Of a stretch of 64,000 nucleotides of DNA, positions 31,855 through 45,967 are shown piece after piece. The notes beneath the pieces were generated by a model, which saw only the letters and a list, made by a program, of their open reading frames with translations, made no database searches and was not told where the DNA came from. This DNA comes from Verrucomicrobiota bacterium (GTDB lineage: Bacteria > Verrucomicrobiota > Verrucomicrobiia > Limisphaerales > J093): the NCBI GenBank assembly GCA_027493615.1, contig JAOSKK010000001.1, positions 175,629 through 239,628 of the forward strand. Direction: 5' to 3'. Made by a program: the position numbers and the translations under genes. Position 1 is the first letter of the stretch; each line of letters begins with the position of its first letter.

Positions 31855-33763
31855 GTGACGCCCCCGTTGCTGGGCTGGGAGACGTTGGCCCGGCCGGATC
31901 GACTGGCGGAGTTCAAGCCGGCGCTGGAAGTGGGGTGTGTGTCGAGCTACGACCGCACCGGGGGCAACGACGACGGGTTTTCCGGCAAGTACTCGTTCGT
32001 GCGTCGCGAGGGGGACGGTTTGGTATTGGCCGAGCTCCAGGGGCCCGGGGTGATTTACCGGGTGTGGACGCCGACGCCGACCGACGACTGGATGGAGTTC
32101 TACTTCGATGGCGAGGCGGCGCCCCGGATCCGGGTGCGATTCCGCGACTTGTTCCTGGGGGCGACCGCGCCGTTCCTCAAACCGCTGGTGGGCTACGGCG
32201 TCGGCGGTTTCTTCAGTTACGTGCCGCTGCCCTACGCGCAGTCGTGCAAGGTGGTGGTCCCGACCGAACGGGTGCAGTTCTACCAGATCAACTACGCCCG
32301 CTACGCACCGGACGTCGGCATCCGGAGCTACCGGACCGAGGCCGACGCATCGGTGGCGGCATCGGCGGAGCGACTGAGTGAGTTGTTCGGCGCGGCGGGA
32401 CAGGACCTGACGCGCTGGACCGCGCCGCCGGGGAGCCGGGTCGAGGTCGCGCGTCAGCGGGCGCGGGTGGCCAGCGGGGAGACGGCGGTGCTGTTCGCAC
32501 GGGAATCGCCGGGGCGGATCGTGGGCTTGCGGCTCAGTCCGGTGACGGCGTTGGAGGGCAAGGCGCGGGACCTGGTGTTGAGGATCGCATTCGACGGCGA
32601 CGCCCGGTCAGTGCTTTGCCCGGTTGGCGATTTCTTTGGCGCCGCCTGGGGAACCGGCGATGCGTGGGTTGTTCGTCGGGACGAATGCGCGCGAGGCGTA
32701 CTGCTACTACCCGATGCCGTTTGACCGGTCGGCGAAGGTGGAGTTGGTGTCGGAACAGACGGGCGGGCCGGCGGTCGATGTCGACGTCGAGGTGGCGTAC
32801 ACCGACGTGCCGCGGAGGGCGAACGAGGGGCGGTTTGGCGCGGTGTGGCGGCGCGAGAACCCGACGCGGGTGGGCGTGCCCTTTACGTTCTTCGAGGCAC
32901 AGGGGCGCGGACACCTGGTGGGGTTCGTGCTCCAGTCGCAGGGCTTCGAGTCGGGCAAGACCCTGTTCTTCGAGGGGGACGATGTGACGTGGCTGGACGG
33001 GCGGTTGGCGGTGCACGGCACGGGCTCGGAAGACTTCTTCAACGGCGGCTGGTACGACGTGCCGGATCGCTGGGAGAAGCGGCTGAGCTTCCCGCTGAGC
33101 GGCTGTCTCGGCTATCAGAAGCACCTCGGCCGGACGGGCGGGTACCGGCTGCTTCTGGGCGATGCCTACAGCTTCCGCGAGAGCGTGCTCCAGACGATCG
33201 AGCATGGTGGAACAGGCAACGACATCCCGACCGATTACGCCGGGGTGACGTACTTCTACCACGAAGCCCCCGGGCAAGCCTCGCTGCCGCCCGTGGGCGA
33301 GCGGGGCGTGGTGGACTTGGACGAAGTGATCTTCCCGGCGTGGTGGCAGATTCCCATCCGCGCGTTTCCGTTCGAGGGCACCACACTGACGCGCAAGCTG
33401 ACCCGGTTGGGGAGCGACGAAGTGCGGTTCCTCTCCGTGCGAGGCGGGGCACCGGACTGGGTGGGCCCTCCGTACCTCTACGTCACCTGCCATGTGCCGG
33501 TGGCCGGGCGCTATGGGATTGCCATCGAGGCGTTGCGGGGGCCGGAACAGGGACGGGTGCAGTTGTTCCAGGACGAGGTGCCGGCCGGTGAACCGGCGGA
33601 CCTGTACGCGGAAACGCCGGCCCGGAGCGGCCAGATCCCGCTCGGCACGGTGGCGCTGGAGGCGGGCGACAATCCCGTCATGCTGAAACTCGTGGGGAAA
33701 CATGAGCAGTCCAGCGGGCGCGGCCTGGATCTGATCCAGATCCTCTGCCGGCGGACGGAGTAG
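31855..33763 (+). CDS. DUF2961 / glycoside hydrolase family 172-like protein; frame broken once
   Basis: 'SSYDRTGGNDDGF', 'GPGVIYRVWTP' and 'HGTGSEDFFNGGW' are DUF2961 hallmarks. ORF 31855..32724 joins ORF 32624..33763 at the G4 run 32648..32651 (...GDFFGAAWG / EPAMRGLFVGT...). The true start may lie upstream (ORF 31728.. frame) if there is another indel near 31865. Confidence 0.85.
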
Positions 33764-33884
33764 CCAGGCGCTCCGATGTTCACGGTCGGTCGCGGACCCG
33801 GTCGATCCGCCAGGAAGTGGTTGAAAGCCGGGGCGGGCCGCGGAATGCTCCCGCCCACCGCGGGCTTTCTCGCGCGTTTGCCTC

Positions 33885-35252
33885 ATGTCCAGCAACCGAC
33901 TGCCGAACCACCCGACGCCGGCTCGTTCCTTAGTGTGCCTGGCGGGCGTTGCCATTGCCCGGTGCGCCGGCCGTCCCCGCCAGGCCTGGTTTGCCGGTGC
34001 GATGCTCCTGCTCCTGATGCTGTCCGGCGCGGGCTGTTCCGGCCCGCGGCTGATGCCGACACCCAACGTGTATCGCGGGAGGGCCGAGGACCCGTTTGCC
34101 TCCGTGCCTGCGGTCTTTCAGACCAACGTGGTGGACTTGCTCTATGTCACCGACCGCCGGCTCGAACCCGGAGCGGACGCCCGCCCGGCCTACACCCATG
34201 GCCGCTCGCCGCACTTGGTCTATGGCACGGGTCAGGTGCGGTTTGGAGACGAGGTGACTTGGGAACGCTTAGTCGCGGAGAGCCGGAGCGCCTCCCGCAC
34301 CACGCGGTTGCCGGTCCGGGTGGTCTGGGTGGAGGAGCTCGGGCAGTTCCCCCCTTTGCCTCCCGCGCCGGAGCCGACGCCGCTCGGGCTGCGACCGAGC
34401 CCCGGGAGCGTCGAGCGGAGTCAACGGGCGGTTAGCGGGTTCCAGCGCGAGGTGGAACGGCGGCTGGCGTTGACGCCGCGCAAGGAGGCGTTCGTCTACG
34501 TGCATGGTTTCAACAACGATTTCGAGTGGGCGCTACAGGTGGCGGCGCAACTCTGGCACTTCCTGCCCCGGGCGGGCGTGCCCATCGTCTATAGCTGGCC
34601 GGCGGGCCACGGAGGGGTGCGCGGCTACACCTACGACCGCGAATCGAGCGAGTTCACCGTGTATCATCTCAAACAGGTGCTGCGCGCCCTGGCCGCCTGT
34701 CCCAACCTCGAACGGGTCCACCTCATCGCACACAGCCGCGGGACCGATGTCGCTTCGAGCGCTGTGCGGGAGTTGTTGATCGAGGCCCGGGGTTCGGAGT
34801 CGGGTCTGACGCGGGTGGCGAAGCTCGAGAACCTCGTGTTGATTGCCCCCGACTTGGACCTGGAGGTCGCAGCGCAACGCATCGCGGCCGAGGGCGTGCC
34901 GCTGGCCGTGGGGCGGTTGACGGTGTACGTCCGGGAGAAGGACCGCGCCATTGGTCTGGCCAACTGGTTCTTCGAAGGCATCCGTCGCCTCGGCCAGGTG
35001 CGTGTGCAGGACTTCACCGAACAACAGCGCTACTACATGCGCCGGGCCCGTTCGGTGCAGTTCGTGGATGCCCGGGTGAAGGCGGACTGGCTTGGGCATG
35101 GCTACTTTCACAGCAGCCCGGCCGTCAGCTCCGACCTGCTCCAGTTGCTGCGAGAGAACTGTGACGCCGGCAGCGACTGCCGTCCGCTGGTCCGCGCTGA
35201 GGATCTGCTCTGGAAGATCAAGGACGACTATCTCGCGCCGCTTCCCCGCTGA
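33885..35252 (+). CDS. Lipoprotein alpha/beta hydrolase (DUF900-type esterase)
   Basis: Intact 455-aa ORF. Lipobox-like 'LLLMLSGAGCSG'; 'FVYVHGFNNDF'; nucleophile elbow 'LIAHSRGTDV'. Confidence 0.8.
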   Translation: MSSNRLPNHPTPARSLVCLAGVAIARCAGRPRQAWFAGAMLLLLMLSGAGCSGPRLMPTPNVYRGRAEDPFASVPAVFQTNVVDLLYVTDRRLEPGADARPAYTHGRSPHLVYGTGQVRFGDEVTWERLVAESRSASRTTRLPVRVVWVEELGQFPPLPPAPEPTPLGLRPSPGSVERSQRAVSGFQREVERRLALTPRKEAFVYVHGFNNDFEWALQVAAQLWHFLPRAGVPIVYSWPAGHGGVRGYTYDRESSEFTVYHLKQVLRALAACPNLERVHLIAHSRGTDVASSAVRELLIEARGSESGLTRVAKLENLVLIAPDLDLEVAAQRIAAEGVPLAVGRLTVYVREKDRAIGLANWFFEGIRRLGQVRVQDFTEQQRYYMRRARSVQFVDARVKADWLGHGYFHSSPAVSSDLLQLLRENCDAGSDCRPLVRAEDLLWKIKDDYLAPLPR

Positions 35253-35399
35253 GGGGAGACGGCCGTGCGGGTGGCACGTTTCAGAGCGGGTTTCCGGCCT
35301 TTCGACCCCTCGCGGGGACCGTGTTTCTGCGCTTGCCTGAATGAAGGGCCCGGCGAACACTTCCGCTCACATTCCTCCGCAAACGATTCAAAGCATGCC

Positions 35400-36734
35400 A
35401 TGAAAGCCGACGCGAACACCACCCGCCGCGAGTTCCTCAAGACCTCTGCCACCGCTGTCTCCACCCTCCCGCTTGCCGGCCTGAGCATCGGCCGGTTCGC
35501 CCATGCGGCCGGGAGCGACGTCCTGCGAGTGGGGCTCATCGGCGCGGGCGGCCGGAACACCGGTGCCGGCGCCCAGGCGTTGAAGGCCGATCCGGGCACC
35601 CGGTTGGTGGCCATCTCGGACATCTTTCTCGACCGGGTTCGGAACGCGCGCGAGTACATCCGGAGCGAGTTGACGAAGAGCGGCCGTCCGGATGCCGTGC
35701 AGGTGCCGGACGCGAACTGCTTCACCGGCTTCGACGCCTACAAGCAGGTCATCGAAGCCGCGGATGTGGTGTGCATCGCGAACGCGGCAAAGTTCCATCC
35801 GCTGCACAGCCTGGCGGCCATCGAGGCGGGTCGGCATGTGTTCGTCGAGAAACCGCACGGCATCGACCCCTACGGCGTGAAGATGATGCAGCGGGCCTGT
35901 GACCTGGCGAAGGAGAAGAAACTCGGCATCGTGTCCGGCCTCCACAGCCGCTACCACCCCGGCTACGCGGAGACCGTCCAGCGCGTCCAGGATGGCGCCA
36001 TCGGCGACATCGTCACCATCGAGGAGAACTTCCTCCGCGCCCCGTACGGGGTCACCGAGCGGAAACCCGGCCTGTCCGAGCTCCAATGGCAGTGCAGCAC
36101 GCAGTACCATTTCCGCTGGCTGTCCGGCGACGATGTGCCGCAGTCGCTGGTGCACAACATGGACCGCGCGAGCTGGGCCATGCGCAACGCCGTCCCGATC
36201 AAGTGCCACGGACTGGGCGGCCGTTCCTCGATGGTGGAACCCATCTACGGCGACGTCTTCGACCACCATTCCGTCGTGTACGAATTCCCGAACGGGGTCC
36301 GGGTCTATGCGTTCTGCCGCACCACGACCGGCTGTTACGACGAGGACTCGAGCCTGATCTTCGGGACCAAGGGCCAGGCCAACGTGAAGGCCTGCCGCAT
36401 CCAGGGCGAGACGCGCTGGCGCTGGCAGCCGGCCAGCAACGATCCCCATCAGGTCGATCCCTACCAGATCGAACACGACCGCCTCTTCGCCGGGATCCGC
36501 TCGGGCAAGCCCGTCAACAACGGGGATTACCTCGCGCGCAGCACGATGATCACCGTCATGGGCCAGATCTCGTGTTACACCGGCAAGGAAGTCTCCTGGG
36601 ACCAGATCAACGCCTCCGACTTCTGTTACGCCCCCAAACCCGAGGATTGTCACGACGGCATGGAACCGCCTACCAAGCCGGGTCCCGACGGCAGCTACCC
36701 CGTGCCGGTGCCCGGCCGGACCCGGATGATCTGA
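35400..36734 (+). CDS. Tat-exported Gfo/Idh/MocA-family oxidoreductase
   Basis: The start is ATG 35400, 'MKADANTTRREFLKTSATAV' (twin-arginine signal). Rossmann motif 'RVGLIGAGGRNTGA'; 'VFVEKPHG'. The track ORF 35265.. is an upstream over-extension of this gene. Confidence 0.9.
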   Translation: MKADANTTRREFLKTSATAVSTLPLAGLSIGRFAHAAGSDVLRVGLIGAGGRNTGAGAQALKADPGTRLVAISDIFLDRVRNAREYIRSELTKSGRPDAVQVPDANCFTGFDAYKQVIEAADVVCIANAAKFHPLHSLAAIEAGRHVFVEKPHGIDPYGVKMMQRACDLAKEKKLGIVSGLHSRYHPGYAETVQRVQDGAIGDIVTIEENFLRAPYGVTERKPGLSELQWQCSTQYHFRWLSGDDVPQSLVHNMDRASWAMRNAVPIKCHGLGGRSSMVEPIYGDVFDHHSVVYEFPNGVRVYAFCRTTTGCYDEDSSLIFGTKGQANVKACRIQGETRWRWQPASNDPHQVDPYQIEHDRLFAGIRSGKPVNNGDYLARSTMITVMGQISCYTGKEVSWDQINASDFCYAPKPEDCHDGMEPPTKPGPDGSYPVPVPGRTRMI

Positions 36735-36754
36735 GCGGATTCTCCCTGCCCTTC

Positions 36755-36770
36755 GTAGGCGCCGACGTGG
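36755..36770. repeat. Solo half-site of the REP-like element (site D)
   Basis: GTAGGCGCCGACGTGG matches the first 15 of 16 bases of the REP left arm. I found no partner arm downstream. It lies 21 nt after the oxidoreductase stop. Confidence 0.5.
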
Positions 36771-36773
36771 AAG

Positions 36774-37250
36774 TCAGGTTTGGTGTCGCCAGGACATCTT
36801 GTTCTGAACCGGTGGCTTACGCACGAAAATGCCTTGCAAGCGGTCCTTGGGGACGGTTTTGAAGCCTGTTTTTCCTCGGAGCGTTCGGGGATCACCGGGC
36901 GACGCCGAGGCGATGGCCTTCCGACACTCAGCCGCCCAGGTCTCGCCGGAGCCAGGCGCGGAGGCCGGTCGGCGGCGGCTTGTGTGTTTCCTGGACTTGA
37001 ACACCCTGAGCCGCGAGCAATTGGCGCAGGAACAGATGGCGTCCGCGTAGCCTATGCCGCAGGCGCTCTTCAGCAGATCCACGTCCTGCGTGAGTCGGGG
37101 AAATCCGGCCTCGATTATGGCAAAGCCGCCCACGACCAGGTAGCGGGCACCCAGCCGATTCAGCTCCGCGCAAAGGCGGGTCAGGTCGTCGCGGTCCGCT
37201 GCGCGCGGGCTTTCTTCAGGGCCCCCTGAAGAATGTGCTCGTTGGTCCAT
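36774..37250 (-). pseudogene. Nucleotidyltransferase-fold-like fragment (possibly a degraded toxin-antitoxin-type gene)
   Basis: Only a ~45-aa stretch looks like real protein: 'DDLTRLCAELNRLGARYLVVGGFAIIEAGFPRLTQDVDLL', which resembles the N-terminus of a small NTase domain. After that, sensible text jumps between frames ('LFLRQLLAAQGVQVQETHKPPPTGLRAWLRR', 'KTGFKTVPKDRLQGIFVRKPPVQNK'). Confidence 0.3.
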
Positions 37251-37765
37251 GCGTTGGCTTCGTCAAAAGCGCCGAACCGAAAGACGCCTTTGGGAAAAGG
37301 CAGCCACCGCATGATCGCGTCGGCGTTGCGCACTAGGCGGCTGTAATCGGTCGCCCGCACGGCACGACGCCCGACAACCTTGTCCGGTTGCTCGTCGAGG
37401 TTCACGAAGGCCTGCATGACGCTGGCGTGGTAGGGGTGTCGGTTCCGGACCGCAAGCGCGCTGAGATGAAGCGGGGCCGTCGTCCTCGCCCAGGCCGCTC
37501 GCCGATGGCTGCCCGCCCGTCGCCGCGATTCATCCCGGGCGGACCGCGCCGGAACACTCGATGCAGAGCATGGGCGCCTGCGCCGGCGGGTATCCGGCAG
37601 GGACGCAAAGAGGATCTGCCGAGAGATCTCTTCCCTCCGCTGGGTTGCGTATTGCGGACTGATTCGGACGGGGATCGCGGCGTTCCTCGGACACTGAACT
37701 CGGAAACCGTTTCGTCGGGCAGCGAGCAGCGGACGGCGCGGTGTCGGGGCGACTTCAGGGGGCAT
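37181..37765 (-). pseudogene. Hypothetical protein / remnant; only the C-terminal ~85 aa look coding
   Basis: 'HPYHASVMQAFVNLDEQPDKVVGRRAVRATDYSRLVRNADAIMRWLPFPKGVFRFGAFDEANAWTNEHILQGALKKA' is protein-like. The N-terminal ~110 codons of the ORF are Arg/Pro/Ser-rich and unconvincing. Confidence 0.3.
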
Positions 37766-37935
37766 GGGGCAGGCGCGACGCGGCTCAAACGCCGGGCGCG
37801 AGGCGGTTACAGATTACATATCAGTAGATCATGATGTGATGATTTTAGACTTGCCCAGCCTCTCCACCTTCACGATGGTCCGCCCGTGCGCGGCTACCGG
37901 TGCCCCGGCACGGTGTCCCCGCGCACCACAAACCG

Positions 37936-41956
<4,021 letters not shown>

Positions 41957-42911
41957 GACGGCGGGGGCTCCGGGCGGCTCCTTGGGCGGCGGTGGCAAAG
42001 GAGGTGTGGGGCGATCCCCCGCGGGCCGGGCGTTGATGGGCGGACCCGGTGGCTTGTCGGTCGCTGCCGGTGGCCGGGCCGCACCGGGTCCACCCGGTGG
42101 GTCGCCGTTGACCCGCGGAGGGGCGCCGGATCCGGCGGGTGGCGACAGCGAACGTCGCTGCAAGATCTCCTCGGTGATGGCGCGGAGACGGCGGTGTTTG
42201 GCATTCGCCTCCCAGATCTCGATGCCACCCTCGCTGGGACAGAGCACGCACAGCGCTCCGCCGCCGATGCGGCTCAAGGCGGTGAGGGCGGGCGGCAGGT
42301 TCCAACGTCCGCCTTGCTCGAGCGTGATGGTGGCGGCGGGTTGGACGATGGCCTCCTCGACCCAGCCCTGCAGCCGGATCTCATGGAGCTGAGCGCAGAC
42401 CTGCTCGAGGTAATCCTGCCAGAGGTGCTCGGGCACTACCCGGAGGCAGCCTTCGCACCAATACGAGATGACCCACGGGACCTCGAGCAAATTGCCCAAC
42501 CGCCGGCGCAACTCGACCGGCACGTAGAGGCGATGCTCGTTCATCTGCGAGTTCAGCAACCCAAAGCCTTTGAGGCTGTCGAGGAAGGGTTCCCAACGCA
42601 CGGGCCACCCGTTGGTGGGTTTGGCCACGGGCCTCCGCGGGTCGGGACCAGAGGGGCGTTTCATACCAGGTTTCTCCTTTGGTTCGGTTCGGCACCCGCC
42701 GGCGGTCGGCACGTCGCCTCCCCACGGTCCGTTCCAGAGTCCATCCCCGTCCTCCGAACGATCCACCCTTGCCGGAGGAACAGTTCGCGGCCGGGGTGGA
42801 GCGCTGCGTGCTGACGTTCGCCCGGGTCCTTGGCGGCGCATTATCCGCGCACTTCCGCGCACTGTGAACTTTATTTTGACTTTTTTTAGTCCGTCCGTGT
42901 AGTAGGATAGC

Positions 42912-43175
42912 GTGCGCAGGGCCGCTTACCGGAACTTCCGAATCGATGCGCGCCTCGCGGCGCGGGCGGAGAGAATCGCCACCGACCTGGGTCGGCTCTC
43001 CGCAAACGCGGTCATTGAGGCTTGTGTCGAGGAAATGCTCGACTTGGTCGAGCAAGCCCCCCACGAACGACACGTCCCCAAACTGGCACTGCTCGTCGAC
43101 GAGTTGCGCAGCTACGCGCAGAATCCTCCCCGCCTCCCACCGCCGACCTCCAACCGACCGGTGGCCGGCGCGTAA
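42912..43175 (+). CDS. Small ribbon-helix-helix (CopG/Arc-like) protein
   Basis: 87-aa ORF with a GTG start. 'RNFRIDARLAARAERIATDLGRLSANAVIEACVEEML' fits a strand-helix-helix pattern. It is preceded by an AT-rich stretch with TTGACT at 42876..42881. Confidence 0.4.
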   Translation: MRRAAYRNFRIDARLAARAERIATDLGRLSANAVIEACVEEMLDLVEQAPHERHVPKLALLVDELRSYAQNPPRLPPPTSNRPVAGA

Positions 43176-43312
43176 GGCGCTCCGGACCTGATGGGGCAAC
43201 GCCGAGCCCCAGCGCCGGAAAGGCGGGTTACCCGGCGAGGCGGAACTTGGGGCAGGCCGCGCCACGCTGCCCGCGGCGGGGAGGGAGGGGTGCCGAGAGG
43301 GGGTGACCGCGT

Positions 43313-44344
43313 TTATAGGTCTTGGATCTGGGCCCGACGTTGGGGGACATATCCTTGGGCCTGAAACCATTGCATCGCATCAGCCAGGGCCCGCCGCGGG
43401 GGTGTCTGGGGCAGGCCGAGTTCCCGAATGGCCTTGGCAGGAGTGAAGAACATTTTGTACCTCGCCATCCTCACACCCGCGAGGGGCGCGCGCGGGGGGC
43501 GCCACGTCAACCTCGACTTGAATTCGTCAACGTAGGCGGCCGCCAGCGCCAGCCCGTAGGGGATCTTCCATCGCGGAGCCGGTTGCCCGCTCAGTTCCGC
43601 CAGCACCGCCAGCGCTTCCTGCAGCGTCCAGTTGCCCTCGGCATTGCCCAGGATGTAACGCTCGCCTGTCCGACCGTGTTCAGCAGCAAGGACATGGCCG
43701 GCGGCCACATCGCGTACGTGCACCCAGTTCAGTCCGGTGTCCAGGACGGCCGGCAAACGCCGGTTCAGAAAGTCCACCACCACTTGACCGGTCGGAGTGG
43801 GCTTCACGTCCCGCGGACCCACCGGCGCCGTGGGATTCACGATGACGACCGGCAAGCCCCGCTCCGCCTGCTCGCGAGCGATGCCCTCCGCGAGCCACTT
43901 GGAGCGCTTGTAGGGGTTGGTCATTTCCTCGAGAGTCGCCGAGGCCGTCTCGTCCACCGGTTGGGGCTGCGCCACGCCCGGGGCAGGCGGGCGCAATACC
44001 CCGACCGTGCTCGTGTACACGATGCGTCGGCAGCCAGCGTCTCCGGCCGCCCCCAGAACTGCCCGCGTCCCCTCAACGTTGGCGGCGTACAGCGGCGCGT
44101 AGTCCGGCAGCCACAGGTGGTAGCTCGCGGCCACGTGAAAACACCAGTCGCAGCCGCGCAACGCCCGCGTCAACTCGCCGCGATCGGTCAGGGCCGCGGT
44201 CACCGGTTCGTACTCGGCACCTGCCAAGCCGCGCGTGTCCGCTCCCGGCCGCAGCAGCGCCCGCACCGCATGGCCCCGCGCGTTCAACTCATGCACCAAA
44301 TTGGCGCCAACAAAGCCCGTGGCTCCGGTGACAAAACAAAGCAT
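43313..44344 (-). CDS. NAD-dependent epimerase/dehydratase (HpnA / dihydroflavonol-reductase-like)
   Basis: The start is ATG 44344, 'MLCFVTGATGFVGANLVHEL' (GxxGxxG). 'FHVAASYHLW', 'VYTSTVGVL' and the 'PYKRSK' catalytic Y-x3-K are present. The track ORF start at 44455 is an over-extension. Confidence 0.85.
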   Translation of the reverse strand: MLCFVTGATGFVGANLVHELNARGHAVRALLRPGADTRGLAGAEYEPVTAALTDRGELTRALRGCDWCFHVAASYHLWLPDYAPLYAANVEGTRAVLGAAGDAGCRRIVYTSTVGVLRPPAPGVAQPQPVDETASATLEEMTNPYKRSKWLAEGIAREQAERGLPVVIVNPTAPVGPRDVKPTPTGQVVVDFLNRRLPAVLDTGLNWVHVRDVAAGHVLAAEHGRTGERYILGNAEGNWTLQEALAVLAELSGQPAPRWKIPYGLALAAAYVDEFKSRLTWRPPRAPLAGVRMARYKMFFTPAKAIRELGLPQTPPRRALADAMQWFQAQGYVPQRRAQIQDL

Positions 44345-44452
44345 GCGCCGCGTTATGCGGTCGACGCACAAGCGGGGGCAACGAAAAACCCGACCCCTCG
44401 CCGCAGGGTGCCGAAACTGTGACCCTCGCCCTGGCCGGGCCCTGAGCGCCAG

Positions 44453-44481
44453 CACCGAACACCGCAGGCTCGCCGGCCATC
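44453..44481. repeat. Left copy of a ~28-bp direct repeat flanking the AAA+/DUF4143 gene
   Basis: CACCGAACACCGCAGGCTCGCCGGCCATC. Its first 23 nt are identical to 45790..45812, and weaker similarity continues for about 14 nt (CCATC.. TT.ACC). Confidence 0.7.
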
Positions 44482-44554
44482 TCGTTCACCAGAGCGGCGA
44501 CGGCGGGTGAACTTTACGATTGGCCACGAGTGTATTTCACGATAGAACACCGAC

Positions 44555-45769
44555 ATGTTACTACGAGAAACACTGGTCCAGGTGCTGGCCGCGCCCACTG
44601 TGACCCGCCCGCCGCAGGTCGAGGTGCCCCGGGCGGTGCTGGATTCGTTGCGGCGCCCGGCGGACCACGCGCTGGTGCTCACCGGGGTGCGGCGCTGCGG
44701 CAAGAGCACGCTGCAGCAGCAGCTTCGCCGGCGGGAAGGCGGCCCGGCGGTCTTCGGCAACCTGGAGGATACGCGGCTTTACGGGCTGGGGCCGGACGAT
44801 TTCCCCTCCTTGCTTTCGGTCTTGGACGAGCATCATCCCGGCGCGGCGGTGTTCCTCGACGAAGTGCAGGAGGTTCCGGAATGGCCACGGCTCGTCCGGG
44901 CCCTGCTCGAGGCCGGGCGGCGTGTCTGCGTGACCGGCTCGAATGCCTCGCTGCTGGGCCGGGAGTTGGGTGCCAAGCTCACCGGTCGCCACATCTCTGC
45001 CGAGGTCTATCCCTTTTCCTACGGCGAATACTTGGAGTTCCGCGGCCGGGAGCGCGGGCCGGCGACACTGGCCAGCTACTTGGAGGAAGGCGGTTTTCCC
45101 GGTGCCTTGCGCGAGGGCGAGGCCGGCCCGGCGTTGCTGCGGGAACTGCTGCGCGACGTGGTGCAGCGCGACATCGTCTCGCGCTACGCGCTGCGCGACA
45201 CGCGCCACCTGATGAACCTTGTCCTGCACCTGCTGGCGCACACCGGCCAACCGCTGTCCTTGCAGGCGCTGGCCAAGGGGCTGGCGATTCCATCGGTGGC
45301 GCAGGCCGCCCGCTACGTCGAGTATCTGAAAGACGCGTGGCTGCTGCTGGCGGTGCCGAAGTTCAGCGCCTCGTTCAAACGGCGCGTCGTCAGCCCGCCG
45401 AAATACTACGCCATTGACCCCGGCTTTCGCGCCGCCAACACGCCCAACCCCACGCCCGACGTTGGCCGCCGCCTGGAGAACGCGGTCCTGCTCGCCTTGC
45501 GCCGCCAGGGTGCTGCGCCAGCTTACGCGGCGGAACCCCACGATTGGGAATGTGACTTCGTGACACCGGAAACCGCCATCCAGGTCTGCGCCGAACTGAC
45601 GCCGCAAAACCGCGAGCGCGAACTGCGCGGATTGCTGGCCGCGGCGGAACTGCCCGGCGCCCGCGGTCGCAAGCGCGAACTGCTGCTGCTCACGCTCAAC
45701 CAGCGCGACGCGCTCAAGGAGGAAGGCCGCAGCATCCGAGTGCAGCCCGCCTCGGATTGGTTGGATTGA
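44555..45769 (+). CDS. AAA+ ATPase with a C-terminal DUF4143 (COG1373 family)
   Basis: Intact 404-aa ORF. Walker A 'LTGVRRCGKSTL', Walker B 'AVFLDEVQEVPEW', and a C-terminal 'DWECDFVTPETAIQVCAEL' segment typical of the DUF4143 region. It is preceded by a relatively AT-rich 60 bp. Confidence 0.85.
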   Translation: MLLRETLVQVLAAPTVTRPPQVEVPRAVLDSLRRPADHALVLTGVRRCGKSTLQQQLRRREGGPAVFGNLEDTRLYGLGPDDFPSLLSVLDEHHPGAAVFLDEVQEVPEWPRLVRALLEAGRRVCVTGSNASLLGRELGAKLTGRHISAEVYPFSYGEYLEFRGRERGPATLASYLEEGGFPGALREGEAGPALLRELLRDVVQRDIVSRYALRDTRHLMNLVLHLLAHTGQPLSLQALAKGLAIPSVAQAARYVEYLKDAWLLLAVPKFSASFKRRVVSPPKYYAIDPGFRAANTPNPTPDVGRRLENAVLLALRRQGAAPAYAAEPHDWECDFVTPETAIQVCAELTPQNRERELRGLLAAAELPGARGRKRELLLLTLNQRDALKEEGRSIRVQPASDWLD

Positions 45770-45775
45770 TTTCTC

Positions 45776-45967
45776 ATGTCAAAGCCTGCCACCGAACACC
45801 GCAGGCTCGCCGCCATCATGTTTACCGACATCGGGGGCCAACACGCCGGACCCGCAGGAACCCGGGTGGGCGCTTCATGCAGGCCTTTGGTGCCTCGGGC
45901 ATGGGCCTCCGGTGGCCGCGTCGGACACCACGGCGACCCCTTGACTTGGAACGGGCGGCGACCATGA
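45776..45967 (+). pseudogene. Remnant of the N-terminus of a class III adenylate/guanylate cyclase-type protein
   Basis: 'MSKPATEHRRLAAIMFTDI' matches the characteristic start of class III cyclase catalytic domains (..RRLAAIMFTDIVG..). No further cyclase sequence follows in any frame, and only ~160 nt separate it from the TPR coding part. Confidence 0.3.
45789..45817. repeat. Right copy of the direct repeat flanking the AAA+/DUF4143 gene
   Basis: CCACCGAACACCGCAGGCTCGCCGCCATC. It lies within codons 5-14 of the short ORF that starts at 45776. Confidence 0.7.

Noticed and set aside
37886-37926. A nested GC hairpin (GTGCGCGG..ACCGGTGCC..GGCACGGT..CCGCGCAC) 10 nt upstream of the metH ATG was considered as a riboswitch or attenuator.
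   Set aside because: It is too short for a cobalamin, SAM or SAH riboswitch, and I could not recognise any conserved riboswitch core sequence. Hairpins of this kind arise easily in GC-rich DNA.
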